Below are positions 32,140 through 45,174 of a DNA stretch of 64,000 nucleotides, piece after piece. The stretch comes from Eledone cirrhosa (lineage: Eukaryota): NCBI GenBank assembly GCA_964016885.1, contig OZ024741.1, positions 43,152,001 through 43,216,000 of the forward strand, in the 5' to 3' direction. Each line of letters starts with the position of its first letter. Position 1 is the first letter of the stretch. The notes under the pieces are model-generated. The model had not been told where the DNA came from. It made no database searches and worked only from the letters and a program-made list of their open reading frames with translations. The translations under genes were made by a program, and so were the position numbers.

Positions 32140-32355
32140 GGATCGATCGACTTTCGTCAAATCGGACCGAGGAAACAATGTTTCCGTCGGTCTTTCCAGT
32201 TGCTAATACTATCTATCGGTCGCAACTCCAGGTAGAAGGGACAACGTGAAATAAAGTGTCTTGCTCAAGGACACAACGCATCGTCCGGTCCACGAATCGA
32301 ACTCACAACCTCAAGAGTGTGAATCCAATTCTCTAACCACTCAGCCACACGCCTT
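32140..32355 (-). mobile_element. CORE-type tRNA-derived SINE (family B), full length
   Basis: Reverse complement ggcgtggctgagtggttaga (A box), gagttcgattcg (B box), gttgtgtccttgagcaagacacttta (CORE-like). Confidence 0.8.
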
Positions 32356-32377
32356 CACCTTATATATATATATATAT

Positions 32378-32600
<223 letters not shown>

Positions 32601-32890
32601 CAACTAGAAATTGATTAACATATAAATAAACATATGAATAATCACAGGAGATAATTTTTACAAGTGTGCTTACACACATAGCTAGGTAGGTAACTAAATA
32701 AAGTTAGCTAGAACTTCAAAAATATATACCTTATAATATGATTGATCAATTTCTAGTTGTTATAAAATGCTCGGACCTATTCATTAGAATCTTGGAGCTT
32801 ATTTTGCGGGTGATATGGTGCAGGCCTTTCTGGCCTGACACCTATAATTTTGATTTAGATTAAATTCATTTTGATTTATCTTACTTTTGG

Positions 32891-32922
<32 letters not shown>

Positions 32923-33057
32923 AGAAAGTGAGGTTTTTATACAAAATTAAAAGTAACCGATGTGTCGTACACGAGTGAAATTATAAAGGAAAAAAGATGA
33001 AATCGAAAATGCAACTGGAGTCTTATTTAACAAAATATATATATATTTATTTGGTTC

Positions 33058-33093
33058 CTTTACCGGTTTCGCAGTTATTCTGCTTTTCAAAAG
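33058..33093 (-). ncRNA. Putative minimal hammerhead with a U3-A8 core variant (family H3)
   Basis: Reverse complement CTT TTGAAAA GCAG AATAA CTGC GAAA CCGG TA AAG. Stem I is only 3 bp; decayed mirror at ~31548-31582. Confidence 0.55.
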
Positions 33094-33155
33094 TAGAGTT
33101 GAGATGGAGGGCCTGTGGTTTTTCTCACACACATATATAAATATATATATATGTG

Positions 33156-33226
<71 letters not shown>

Positions 33227-34269
33227 CTCTCGGGTCCCGAACAATCGCCGCACCTCGCTTATTAAATTTTACTAATCTTCTTCCGGTAAAACTTTATCTT
33301 AAGTGGTAGCATTCCTGCGACAATTAATTTTCTTTATACATTAAACAAATTATTACTCATAACGAAACAAAATTACATTACAAGAAACCCCACACGTTAT
33401 AAAATGTACACGATGGTTTGGGGTGTTAATATGCAAAATTGATTATATATATATGAGTGTTTGTCGGTATGTTTGTCCACGTCTCTATTTATGATTACTT
33501 TTTGTTTATGTCCTTTAACTCTTTAGTAAGATGAGATACGTATTAGTGTCTATATTATTTAATAAATTCATTCATGGCGGTGTCCCATCAAGACTGAAGT
33601 CTTTTGACTTAAACAATTAAACGAATAAAATGTCTTCCTATGTGTTAAGTAGATATATGTCGTTGATGATCACAGGATTTATGCCATTCACACATTTCTC
33701 TTGCAAACAACATCAATTATCCCGAATTGTGGTTAAAAGTCACATTTAACCTCAGTTGGTCCTTCTTCTATAAAATAACTTAGCGTTTGTTCCTATGTGA
33801 TAATGTCATTTCTATTTAAGTAGTAACTGATTTAGGAAATGTAACCTCTAGAGCACTTGGCGAATACGGTTACTGTCGGCTTTGATTTCATCACATAAAT
33901 ATCATAACTAAAATCTTTGATGATTTACAAATTTCTCTATTGATATTGATCGACAAGAGTATATAATGTTGTGGAATTTAATATATCGATGAATCATATG
34001 ATATTCTCCATTAATCTATCTTTTACTAGTTTGAGTCATTAGAATACGGCCATGCTGGGGCATTGATATAAAGATATCTAGTCGATCATAATATATTATT
34101 TTCAGGTTGGGTAATGATTTTAACGACATCTTTTTGTCGGACAAGTAAATAACGTGACGTTACCACACACATGGGTACACGGAAAGCACAAATTGGTACA
34201 GAGAAAGGGGGAGGGAGAACATATATATATATGTATTCACACACATACGTACGTACACACACATATATA

Positions 34270-34279
<10 letters not shown>

Positions 34280-34305
<26 letters not shown>

Positions 34306-34896
34306 TCTGTGATTGTGTGCTTGTTAGTAATTTAATACAGCCAATGCAGCCAAAACAAAGAAAGTTGGCCCTGAAATAGGAATACAAATAGAATAAAACG
34401 AGTTTCGCGTAAATCGGAGTAACGGTTCCCGATATATGGGGCTTTTCCAGGTAACTTCATAAATAGAGAGAGAGTGAGAAAGATAGAGATGAGATAGTGG
34501 TTGTCAGAGAGTAGACTGAAAGAGAGAGAGAAAAGACAGAGAAGGAAAATGGAAGAGAGAGAGAGAAAGAGAGAGAGAGGGAAAGAGGGGGATAGAGAGG
34601 GTGAGAGGGCGTCAGAGAGGGGGAGCTGCTGGTGTTGTTGAATGAAATAACAAGCTGTGACTTCAAAGGGTCGAATAGAGCATAACAATATCTAGCCAAA
34701 ATTTGTGGACTGAATATTAAGACCTATGTATGATATGACTTATGTTAGGACAGGCGAATATATAGCGAATATTTCTTGCTAAATAGGAAGGGTTTCTAAG
34801 TTTGTGTGTCTGTGTATATATGTCTGTATATATAGATATATATATGTGTGTATGTGTGTGACTGTTTGTGACCAGTGTATATAGATCACAGACACC

Positions 34897-34984
<88 letters not shown>

Positions 34985-36095
34985 TATGTGAGTCTTCTCA
35001 TTTCATTTTACATTATATACAGATCTGTGTATATGTCAATTATTTAAAAATTATTTTGAAGTGGATATGATTAAAAAATAAATTTCTTTAAGTGAACGAG
35101 ACTCAACGGGTCACAGGTTTTCTAGCATAATACTAGAACTCTATGACTCTGTACTTGTTTGTAATGTAATACAGTCAAAACGGCGCATAATGGGAAAATA
35201 CGTTGAGAGGAAGTTGCAGCCTGAAATGGGAATATAAATGGAATAAAACAAGTTTCGCGTAAATCCGAGCGCGGGTTCCCAAAATACGAGGTTTTTCCGG
35301 GTATCTTCATAAATAGAGAGAGAAAGATAGAGAGAAAGAGATAGTGGTTGTCAGAGAGTAGGTTGAAAGAGAGACATGGAGAGAGAATGAGACAGAGAAG
35401 TAAAATAGAAGAGAGAGAGGGATAGCTGGTGGTGGTGTTAAATGAAATTATAACAGGTGACTTCAAATAATTTAATACAGCATCACTATATCTAGCTAAA
35501 ATATATATAACTTGTGTTAGGAGAGGGTGTGGGTAGCGATATTTCCTGCTAAATAGGAAGGGTTTCTAAGTTTGTCTGTATATGTGTGTGTATATACATA
35601 TATGTGTGTGGGGTGGGGTGAGCAGTGTCTATAGGTGACAGACACCGAAATATATATAACACACACAAACACAATACATGTATATACACACACGCATATA
35701 TATATATAGCAGATTTACTGCTACAATTCACACCCGATCGCGGCAGAGTATGGAAGCCTGTTGATAAAGTGAATCCACTGTCGATCATCCAAAACCAAAA
35801 ACTTGCATACCGCGCAAGTGGAATTGTTTATTTTGGATTTTCATAGAAACCTATCGGAGATATTGCATAATATTGCTGATATGGTCCAGGTTTGTCAAAA
35901 TATCCTAAGTTGGTTTTCTCGTTGATTTGATCCATGTGGCTGGCTCAACGGTCGCAGTCTTCAATTTGTCAAGCTTTCTAACGTATGTTATTACTCTATG
36001 CTGACACTACCTTATCGAGTGCTTTGCTGCACATTCCGGATTGCATATTGTTAGCTTGGCTACAGCCAGAACTTCGATTTTATTAAACTTCTATT

Positions 36096-36137
<42 letters not shown>

Positions 36138-36238
36138 CCTTCCAAATTAATTTTACATTATATACATGTCTGCGTATATTTTAATTATTTAAACATTATT
36201 TTTAAGTGAACGTGACCAAACGGGTCACGGGTGGTGTA

Positions 36239-36239
<1 letters not shown>
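34280..36239 (+). mobile_element. Two tandem putative non-autonomous Helitrons (~34280-35125 and ~35126-36239)
   Basis: Direct repeats along their length. 3' ends have a GC-rich hairpin (cgtgacc aaacg ggtcacg, 36211-36229) followed by GTAG|T, or a decayed hairpin followed by CTAG (35122-35125). No TIR or TSD. Confidence 0.6.
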
Positions 36240-36324
<85 letters not shown>

Positions 36325-36359
36325 GTGTAGTATATATATATACTATATATATATACTAC

Positions 36360-36710
36360 AATGCGCAAGCTAAGCACACAACACACACACAAAAACAAGA
36401 TGGCGTAGGACAGAACAAAGGAGAGGCACAAAAAACAAAGAAAAGAATCCCCAGTCACTGAAGAGGTCACAGAATGTGTGACGAAAGAACTTTGACAATA
36501 GATAAACAACCATCTGATTGTGCAACCAACCAACCAACTGGAAATTTATAAATTCCTAAATTTATAAATTTATTATAATAAATTGAAGTGAAAGCAGATG
36601 GTGCATGTGTTTCTTATTGGCAACATGACCCTCCCAAAGTATAACACTATCGGTTTCAACACACGTTTTCAGATAAAGAATCTTGCTAAACAAATTCAGA
36701 AACGAAATAT
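36360..36710 (+). mobile_element. Solo pLTR of the Penelope family at 20890-23390
   Basis: Reverse complement of 21585-21850. Ends in cagataaagaatcttgctaaacaaattcagaaacgaaa(TA)n, identical to 23348-23390. Confidence 0.85.
36454..36496 (+). ncRNA. Minimal type I hammerhead ribozyme motif (family H4)
   Basis: GTCA CTGAAGA G GTCACA GAATG TGTGAC GAAA GAAC TT TGAC. Decayed homologues at 21021-21063 and 21732-21762 (-). Confidence 0.7.
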
Positions 36711-36729
36711 ATATATATATATATATATA

Positions 36730-36801
36730 TACAGGATGTTCCCAAAATATGTATACATACTTTGATTACTTGAACAGAAAACATTTATTAGACACCCTGT
36801 A
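36730..36801. mobile_element. Tiny Tc1/mariner-type MITE remnant
   Basis: TA CAGGATGT ... ACACCCTG TA short TIRs in TA context. Confidence 0.45.
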
Positions 36802-36807
36802 TATATA

Positions 36808-36998
36808 TAATTGTTTCTACTTTTGGCACAAGGCCAGCAATTATCCCAGTGCATTACTGGTACTTTATTTTATCGACACCGTAAGGATGAAACGCAAACT
36901 TAACCTCGGCAGGATTTGAACTCAGAATGCCAAGGGCCGCAACTCTATGCGTCAAAGCATGGCTCCCGACCTCTACCGATACTGCCAATCCACCACCA
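36808..36998 (-). mobile_element. SINE family A, full length, 16-bp TSD
   Basis: Matches 16149-16336; TSD cctgtatatatataat at 36796-36811 and 37000-37015. Confidence 0.88.
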
Positions 36999-37049
36999 TC
37001 CTGTATATATATAATAATAGAAATAATAAGATGACGAAGAAGAATGATA

Positions 37050-37157
37050 CTAAGGAAATGTTACTAGCTGCACTGGAGCAAGCCCTTAGAACGAAGTGGA
37101 TGAAACGTCATATAGAATAGGAGGAAGCGATCCCGCTTTGAAGGATATGTCGAGAGA

Positions 37158-37222
<65 letters not shown>

Positions 37223-37600
37223 GACCTTCGGTTCACGTCGTATCCAAGTGTAAAATCCTGCCCAGACTCGTTATAAAGGATTAAGGTATGATGTTATATT
37301 AAAAGTAATCCACTGACATTTGTGCAAATTGATCGATTTACCCCACCCTGCGAGGTGGCATGAACATAAGCCAGAATCGGTGATGGAAAACGACCGGGTG
37401 AAGGTGTTATGGGATTTCTGAATACAAACTGATAAAGAATTAGAACACAATAGGAAAACTTCAAATGGCATGCCTGCTTGGAACGGCAAGGATCCTCCGA
37501 TACGTCCTGAATAGCTGAGGCTCTGGGTAATAGCTTGATATTTATTAGAGCAATTATTCCGATTGAATAACATTAATTAAATAATAATAATAATTATATT
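37050..37600 (+). mobile_element. Old 3' fragment of the Dong-like family with an internal deletion
   Basis: Aligns with 4095-4440 and 4690-4780 (MLLAALEQALRTKW, WHEHKPESVMENDRVKVLWDF); ends in an AAT-rich tail. Confidence 0.8.
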
Positions 37601-39491
37601 AATGATAATATTAATATTTACATCAAAATAATTGGGCATTATCTAATAATATAACACTATTAGAGGGAAAAAAACAATAAAAAGGAAGAAAAAATGAAGC
37701 ACTTATGGTTGAACCTCTTGTTGAAACATTTGAACCTGGCTCGCCAAATATATATGTTCAGGAGGAAGTCACGACCACAAATAGACTCTTCTATTAAAAC
37801 TCATAAAAGGAAGTCGTTTCCCGCCTGTCAGTTTGTTTGTTGCGGTTTTTCTCTCGAAAGAAGACAAGCCAAAAAGAAAAACAATTTTTTGAAGAGGAAT
37901 CCTTAAAAATTATTCTTTGAAAAAAAGAATACAAATGAAAGATACAGAACTCCAGGGTCTTTAGCTGTTAGAATGGACTATATTGATAAATAATTAGGAC
38001 AAATCAAACGTCACTTGCGAGAGCAAATGAAATGACCAACAGAATTTATAAATTTGACGGTACATGTGAAAGTTTTAAATTTCATAATTCTAAATACTAC
38101 ATTGAACATACAAGTACATCAAATATTCATTAATTTTACGGGTGGTTTTCTGCTAGCATGTGCATATTGATATTATACGCAAGTATATATGCATCTAGAT
38201 ATGATCAAATAAAATCGTAATTGACAATATACACAAAAATTGAACGAAGACTGTGTTACACTGCCTTATGTAATCAGTAACGTAATCCATGATACATTAA
38301 AAAAGACGTTATTATATATATAAACTGCATTAGGAGAAAATTAGTGACAAACATATATGAATATTTATTTAAACAATCAGTAACCGGAAGTGTTGACATT
38401 TGAACATTTTAAAGAAGTGAATCTTTAAATAAGTAATAACATATATTTAATGAACAGCTACGAAATTTAGTGGATAAATTATGCAATATTGATTCATTAT
38501 TTATTCAAAGTAATCCAACTTATTTTACTAAGAGGATAACAAATTATAAACCGTACGCAGTTCCGCGCTTCTTACTTTATTATAGTTTAGATACCCATTT
38601 ACAACACGGAGCAATTGCAATGGTCTGTGATCTGTTATGTAGAGAATTCCCCACAAATAATAGTCGCATTGCTCGTAACACAACATAACGCAAACACACC
38701 AGAAACAAAAGAATCCCATGACTGGTGACATGTAAATCTAAAGATTAAATCTATAATTTCAAATTCTGGTACTACAGTTTACACAAATATTACATTCCCA
38801 TATTATACAAAGGCAGTTAAATAAGCGAAACTCAGTACACATTCTGCAAATTAGACTTTTAAAATATAGAGACCTTCGGGAATTCATGGCCTATATTATC
38901 TCAACATAACACTCCATTCTCTATCTTTTGAAATATAAGCCAGGTATCTGATTATAACGAGTAGTATTTAGTATTCAAATTAGGTAATAATAAATAGTAA
39001 TCAAATAAGACGAAGTGGAAAATCTTTACGGTATTCACCCCACTTCATTGCACGATCTGTGTTCAAATCAAGCCATGGTCAACTTTGTTTTTTATCCTTT
39101 CGAAGTCGATAAAAAAGTACCAGTCCAGTACTGGAGTGGATTCTTTCTCTAAAGAAAAAAATTGTCTGTGTTCAGACCTGGAGAGGGTTGGACTCTGCCA
39201 GATTTAGACATGCCATGTGACGGTGACTCAACGACTCCAAAAGGAGTTATGGGATCTTTATCCCTTTTTATCCTATATATATCCTGTATTTATTGTTGTT
39301 CTGCTATATGTGTGGCGATTGCCTTCGGTAGCTTTTCTTGGTGCCACATTTTTTAACTGTTCTGTTTACTCTGGACGGTAATGATTTAACATACCACTCT
39401 ATCGAGAGCATTGTGATTACCTAAAAAAACTCGATAGTATCTGCTATATGGCAGCTAAAATATTGTTTCATAACTAATATAATATAATATA

Positions 39492-39539
<48 letters not shown>

Positions 39540-40292
39540 TTGTATTTGTGTTTGTGTGTATATTAAGTCATGTCGCTCTCGAGTGCTTCTGGTAACATGT
39601 AACCGAGTACCACCTGTCTCCTAGTCGGCTCACCGGCGACTAAACCCGCAACCCTACCAAGCTTTCATGGTGAGGAGGGTGATATTTGGACACCCTGAGG
39701 GGATGAAATACAGGGCACGGCAAAAGGGCGGCGGCACTCAAAACAGTCAACGGCCATCCAAACAGTACTCTTTTTATTATTTTGTTTACACCTGGGAGGG
39801 AAGGTCCCCATTTGTGTCACAACACCTTTCGTAGAGAGGGAAACTGTTAAAAAAACCTGCGTTTTCGGAAGCATCCGATGATGTTGACAAGTTCTGCTTT
39901 TCGGGTAGTGTTTTGGAGTTTCAGAGAGTTAGATTGGTCGAGTGCAAGGCCTTTCCCCACTTATGTATGTCTGCGTGTCTTTGTCATTAGGATATGTGTG
40001 TGTGTGTGTATAAACATACATATACATATGGTTAAGGATGTGCACACGAATGGTTGTATGGCTAATTAGTTTGCTAGGCAATCGGAATGTTTTGAGTTCA
40101 ATCCAGCCAGGGGGCTGGTATCATGGCCAAGAGGACTTTACTATACTTACAGTTTAAACAAAGTAGACATCTCAGATCAATGCACGCACACACACACATA
40201 TACACACACACATACGCACACACATGCACATATGCACACACACACACACACGCGCACACACACATACACACACACACACACACACACATATT

Positions 40293-40355
<63 letters not shown>

Positions 40356-40358
<3 letters not shown>

Positions 40359-40553
40359 TTTATCCCGGCTTCAATCGGGGGAAACCACAGATAGTAAGGT
40401 ATTCAATACAAAGCAGAGTATAAATATTTAATATAGAAAAGCTTCTACAGGACTAGAAGTGTTTCATTCGTGAGAAATCATCACGAAGCGCTTCCTGATG
40501 ATTTCACACGAATGAAACAGTTCTAGTCCTGTAGAAGCTTTTCTATATTAAAT
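40356..40553. mobile_element. ~200-bp non-autonomous PLE derivative: tail plus a 128-bp palindrome of two back-to-back hammerheads
   Basis: Palindrome 40426-40553 centred on gaagc|gcttc; tail homologous to 23400-23460; flanked by (TA)n. Confidence 0.85.
40490..40538 (+). ncRNA. Type I hammerhead ribozyme motif (H1-related)
   Basis: GCTTC CTGATGA TTTCACACGAAT GAAA CAG TTCTAGTC CTG TA GAAGC. The mirror copy at 40441-40489 (-) has a C3>G change. Confidence 0.85.
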
Positions 40554-41164
40554 GTATATATATATATATACTCCTTATTCATTGTATATACCTCCTTATT
40601 CATTATATATATATATATAAGGTCATTATTACAGGCGAGAATTTGTCGGATCTAATATGATCACCACCTAGGGATGTCGTATAGCGTTAGCATATATTAT
40701 GGTTAACACAAATTCTTAAAGATGCATAACCACCATGAAAGCAATGGAAATCAGACAAGGCGGCGCGATCAATTACGTTTCTATTACAACAGCGTTGAAT
40801 ACAAAATACAACTCGCTATACATGTAAATTAAATATATAAAGTTAAGATGTCTTGTAGGGAAGAATATGTAATAAAGGAGAATACTAATATTACCAAGGC
40901 GAGATTCATATAGATTTATAATGCAATCCATTACTTTCGTAACAAAGCCGTATCTCATAATGTGGCGTAATGCATTTGCAGTAAGGATGGTTTTACTTTC
41001 ATATTTAGATATATTGCAATGGATTTTGTCGATTCAGAACGTATACATATATATGTAATATATATATATTTATATATATATTTTTTTTCTCAAGCGTTAA
41101 CCCAATATATTCCTTCCATATACTGTGCCGATTGTGTTGTTATTTCTGTTTACCTTTTACATAC

Positions 41165-41218
<54 letters not shown>

Positions 41219-41220
<2 letters not shown>

Positions 41221-41395
41221 CGAAGGAAATGTGGTAAGGAACCAGGTGGACCATAACGCACCAAAGTACTCAATACTTGAGGTAGTAGAGTGGGTAATAG
41301 GAACCAGTAAGACCCCGACAGCTGAGCTCAAGCCGTTTCGACGGCGAATTAGCCGTCGAAACGGCTTGAGCTCAGCTGTCGGGGTCTTACTGGTT

Positions 41396-41400
<5 letters not shown>
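41219..41400. mobile_element. Mini foldback element (family H5): tail plus a perfect ~52-bp-arm palindrome containing hammerhead 3' halves
   Basis: ataggaaccagtaagaccccgacagctgagctcaagccgtttcgacggc/gaatta/reverse complement; GAAA CGGC TTGAGCTCA GCTG TC. Relatives at 45168-45266 and 48298-48418. Confidence 0.8.
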
Positions 41401-41434
<34 letters not shown>

Positions 41435-41436
41435 AC

Positions 41437-41470
<34 letters not shown>

Positions 41471-41540
41471 GTATTTATGTATACATATATATATATATAT
41501 ACATATATGTGTATATACATACAAACACAGACACACACAG

Positions 41541-41584
<44 letters not shown>

Positions 41585-41939
41585 GTATATGTGTGTGTGT
41601 GTGTGTGTGTATGTAATTAGTAAGTTGTTTGAATAGCCGATACTATGCAGGTAGAAATATAAATTTGCTATTGGGGTAAAAGAATGACAAAACAAAAACA
41701 AATAATTTTTCTCCTAATATATTTCTTTATAATATTCCCAGTAAAGATATATGGTTAAAAACATTATTTTGTTTTGTTATCCATCTTTACCCCAGTATTA
41801 CTGTTATATTTCTATCAGCATTGTACTGGGTTTCCGAACTCCTTAATCATTATATATCTCAAAATGCTTTAGGTAAACTATATATATATCTATGTGGGGT
41901 AAAGGATAACGAACACCTTCGGTTACAAATGATCATGGG

Positions 41940-42153
41940 ATTTGCATCTAGAAAGTTCCCCTTTCGAGCCACAAGACGGGGCAAGTTTGTTTGCGGAAGA
42001 GCAGCAGTCGCCCATGCATAGCAGCCTCCCCTCTCCATGTCACCAATATTGTCCAAGGGAAAGGCAATGGCCGATACAGCTTGGTCCCAGTGACGTCGTA
42101 ACTTATTTCTACAACTGAGTAAACGGTAGCAACATAAAATAAAGTGTCTTGCT

Positions 42154-42157
<4 letters not shown>
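41940..42157 (-). mobile_element. CORE-type SINE fragment
   Basis: Reverse complement ttgagcaagacactttattttatgttgct matches the family B core, with a different 3' part. Confidence 0.6.
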
Positions 42158-42193
<36 letters not shown>

Positions 42194-42231
42194 TTGGAAT
42201 TAGGATTGGTGCTCTGAAATAGCGATGTATA

Positions 42232-42710
42232 CATGAATGTATGTATAGTATATGTTTCAATATACCGTATGTTTAATTAAAAGCATTTAGAAGACCATAT
42301 GCTATCAGTTTTAAAGTAGTGACTATGTCACTTACTTATTTTCGGCGAAAGAAGGGAGAGGGATTGACAGTCTGTTTCACGCTGGTTGGCGTTCATCAGA
42401 ATAACGCACCCCACTGCTTCCGCCGAAAATTATAGAAGCTGGATTCTTATAGAATTCCAAAAATGACCAGGAGCTGATTATACAGAGCGATTGCCGGTCC
42501 AGCTTCCATAATTTTCGGCAGAAGCAGGGGAGCGCGTGGTTCTAATGAATGCCAACCAACGTGAAACAGACTGTCAACCTCTCTCCCCTCTTTCACCGAA
42601 AATATGTAAGTGACATAGTCACTAATTTAAAACTGATGGCGTATGGTCTTCTAAATGTTTTTAATTAAACATACGTTATATTGCCGAATATACTATACAT
42701 ACATTCATAT
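42232..42710. repeat. Foldback element with ~200-bp inverted arms, each carrying a hammerhead (family H6)
   Basis: 42266-42443 is the reverse complement of 42498-42675; spacer about 55 bp. Confidence 0.9.
42363..42402 (-). ncRNA. Type I hammerhead ribozyme motif with a canonical core and GUC site (family H6)
   Basis: Reverse complement ATT CTGATGA ACGC CAACCA GCGT GAAA CAG A CTG TC AAT. The mirror copy at 42538-42579 has CTAATGA (G5>A). Confidence 0.85.
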
Positions 42711-43699
42711 ATTTATATGTTTGTGAGAGCATGTGTATATCTGTGTGTACATGAGTGGGTGCGTTGCACATGCACAAAACGTGCAACATATTATAATAAT
42801 CCCATTCATATCTAATACTACAGTTCGATGTAGTTGAAACTGTGCAGAAATGATTCAAATTTTGTTTGTGCATGCGCTGCATTCACGTGAACAAACATAG
42901 TAATATATCGATGAAGGATTAAATATATTACGCATGAATTAATAATATTCTTCAACATCTTCAAACGTGGTGGCATGAAGTCTGCAAAATTAGTTTTGCT
43001 ATGAAGACACACCGAGATATATATTATTTAATATGAATCAAAGAACGTTGACTGGTGAGATATAGATATTCACTGCAGGCCATACAATAAGCCAGATAAA
43101 ATAATATTATATATGTACCTATTATGTATGTATGTATGTACTTATGTATGCATCTATGTATGTATGTACGTGTGTACATGTATATATGTATGTACTATGT
43201 ATGTATCCATGTATGTGTCTGTCTGTATGTATGCATATATATTTACATACATAATATTATATGCTTATTACTGTGAATGTAGATATACATTGTGATAAGA
43301 AATTATAATACGGAGGTGTACTCACGTATTTACACAGATAAGTTCAAATAAGTATATACTCTTTTTCACAAACGATCAAGCAAACAAACAAACTAACACA
43401 CATACACACATATAACTACTTGTCCAACCTGCTCTATACCCCAAACCCTCAAGATTTCCGCATAAGCGAATTTCTACGGGAAGGACTAGGCTCTTTCACA
43501 TACATCGGAAGCATCCTCGCCACACTATGTAATTGAGAGAAGGGCGTTGAAAGGAGTTATATATATATATATATATATATAGCGCGTGCATATATCTTTG
43601 TAATATATTAAATCGTAATACCGTCAAGATATCCTATTGATGGATGCGATTAAAGAAAACTGCACTCTCCAACAGAAATATCAAATCCATGTGTGTGTA

Positions 43700-44104
43700 A
43701 CAGAGATTACACACAACAACACACACATTTCTGAAGTTAGCGAAAGATAGGTAGGTATAGTGCAATATCGTTTTAAGCGATGTTTTTACGTGCATCTGTA
43801 TTCCCTCAGGAATCCTGATATAAGAACAATTGCAGCCCGGGCGAACAAGGCCTGGCAATTAAAGGAGAAAGGTGTCTCACAAACGATCTCCTGGAAGGTA
43901 CTTGAAAGATCCAGTAATTACTTGTACAGTACCAAGAAATGTCATTTCTCTCTGAATGAGACACTTAGGATATTACAAGATTTGTCATCTCCGAACAATA
44001 TGTACTTGAACTCAAAAAGAGAAATCTTTACGGGATTCCTCCATCCCAAAACCCAACTGCTTGTTTATGCAAATATTCAACTAATTCGACTGATTTTCAG
44101 CTAG
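43700..44104 (+). mobile_element. Decayed Naiad-like GIY-YIG C-terminal fragment
   Basis: FKRCFYVHLYSLRNP..AWQLKEKG..ISWKVL..KKCHFSLNE..LNSKREIF resembles the C-termini at 24100-24380 and 28900-29200. Confidence 0.75.
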
Positions 44105-44250
44105 TTTAAATTGATTTATATACTTCACATATCTTTTCTTTCTCTTTATATTTTCACACTTACATAAAACAATACACATTCTATATTACTATACGCCATA
44201 GCTCAATATATATTACCGTCTCTATATTATATTCTACCACATAGTAAAAA

Positions 44251-44392
44251 TAATTGTTTATTATTTTGGCACAAGGCCAGCAGTTATCCCAGTCATTACT
44301 GGTACTTTATTTTATCGACCCCGTAAGGATGAAAAGCAAAGTTAAGCTCGGCGGGATTTGAACTCAGAACGTAAAGGGCTATAACTCCATGA
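44251..44392 (-). mobile_element. SINE family A, truncated
   Basis: Reverse complement matches 16200-16336. Confidence 0.85.
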
Positions 44393-44944
44393 CATTGCAA
44401 AATTGGGAACAGTTGCAAGTAAAACTAAAAGCAGCCACAGTTACGGACGGAAGCATTATTCCATTTCCGCAGCTGATGACCACCTAGTTTGTCTTATTTT
44501 GTAACGTTTATGCACCATCTCATCAGTTATTCGACCTTCCTTGTGCTAGCGTCTGGTTTTAATAGAATCACTTCCTCTTTTTGCCATATTAACTATACGG
44601 CTTCTTTCTCCTATCATTGTCACATGTCTCTATTGTCTCATTATTTCATCTGGGGCCAGCCCATTTACGAATCCGTCCCTTATTTGTTCTGCCATATAGT
44701 TGTGTCTTCTTTTAATTATATCTGTTGTCAATTTTGCTACACAAACACACGCCCAGCCCATATATATATAGAGTACGGCTATAGATTTATGGTACCAATT
44801 TACGTGTGATGTATTGAAGCAACTAACTTTGTGTCTACTCTGGGATTTTTACATAACCTTACCTATTCAGTACACGGTGATGCAACTGGCGCTATCAGGG
44901 AATCTTATGCTAGTCCCGCTAACTTATTATATATATATAATACG

Positions 44945-45072
44945 GTCCTTGCCATTCTGAGTTCAAATCCCGCCGAGGATAACTTTGCCTTTCATCCTTA
45001 CAGGGTCGATAAAATAAAGTACCAGTGATGCACTGGGTATTTGCTGGCCTTGTGCCAAACGTAGAAACAATT
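44945..45072 (+). mobile_element. SINE family A, truncated
   Basis: Matches 16215-16332. Confidence 0.85.
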
Positions 45073-45100
45073 ATATATATATATAACAAAGAAAGTATGG

Positions 45101-45174
<74 letters not shown>

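Noticed and set aside
39570-39760. HDV-like ribozyme at a possible RTE 5' end (also 1380-1450 and 49900-50070)
   Set aside because: GC-rich hairpins exist, but I could not assemble the nested double pseudoknot by eye.
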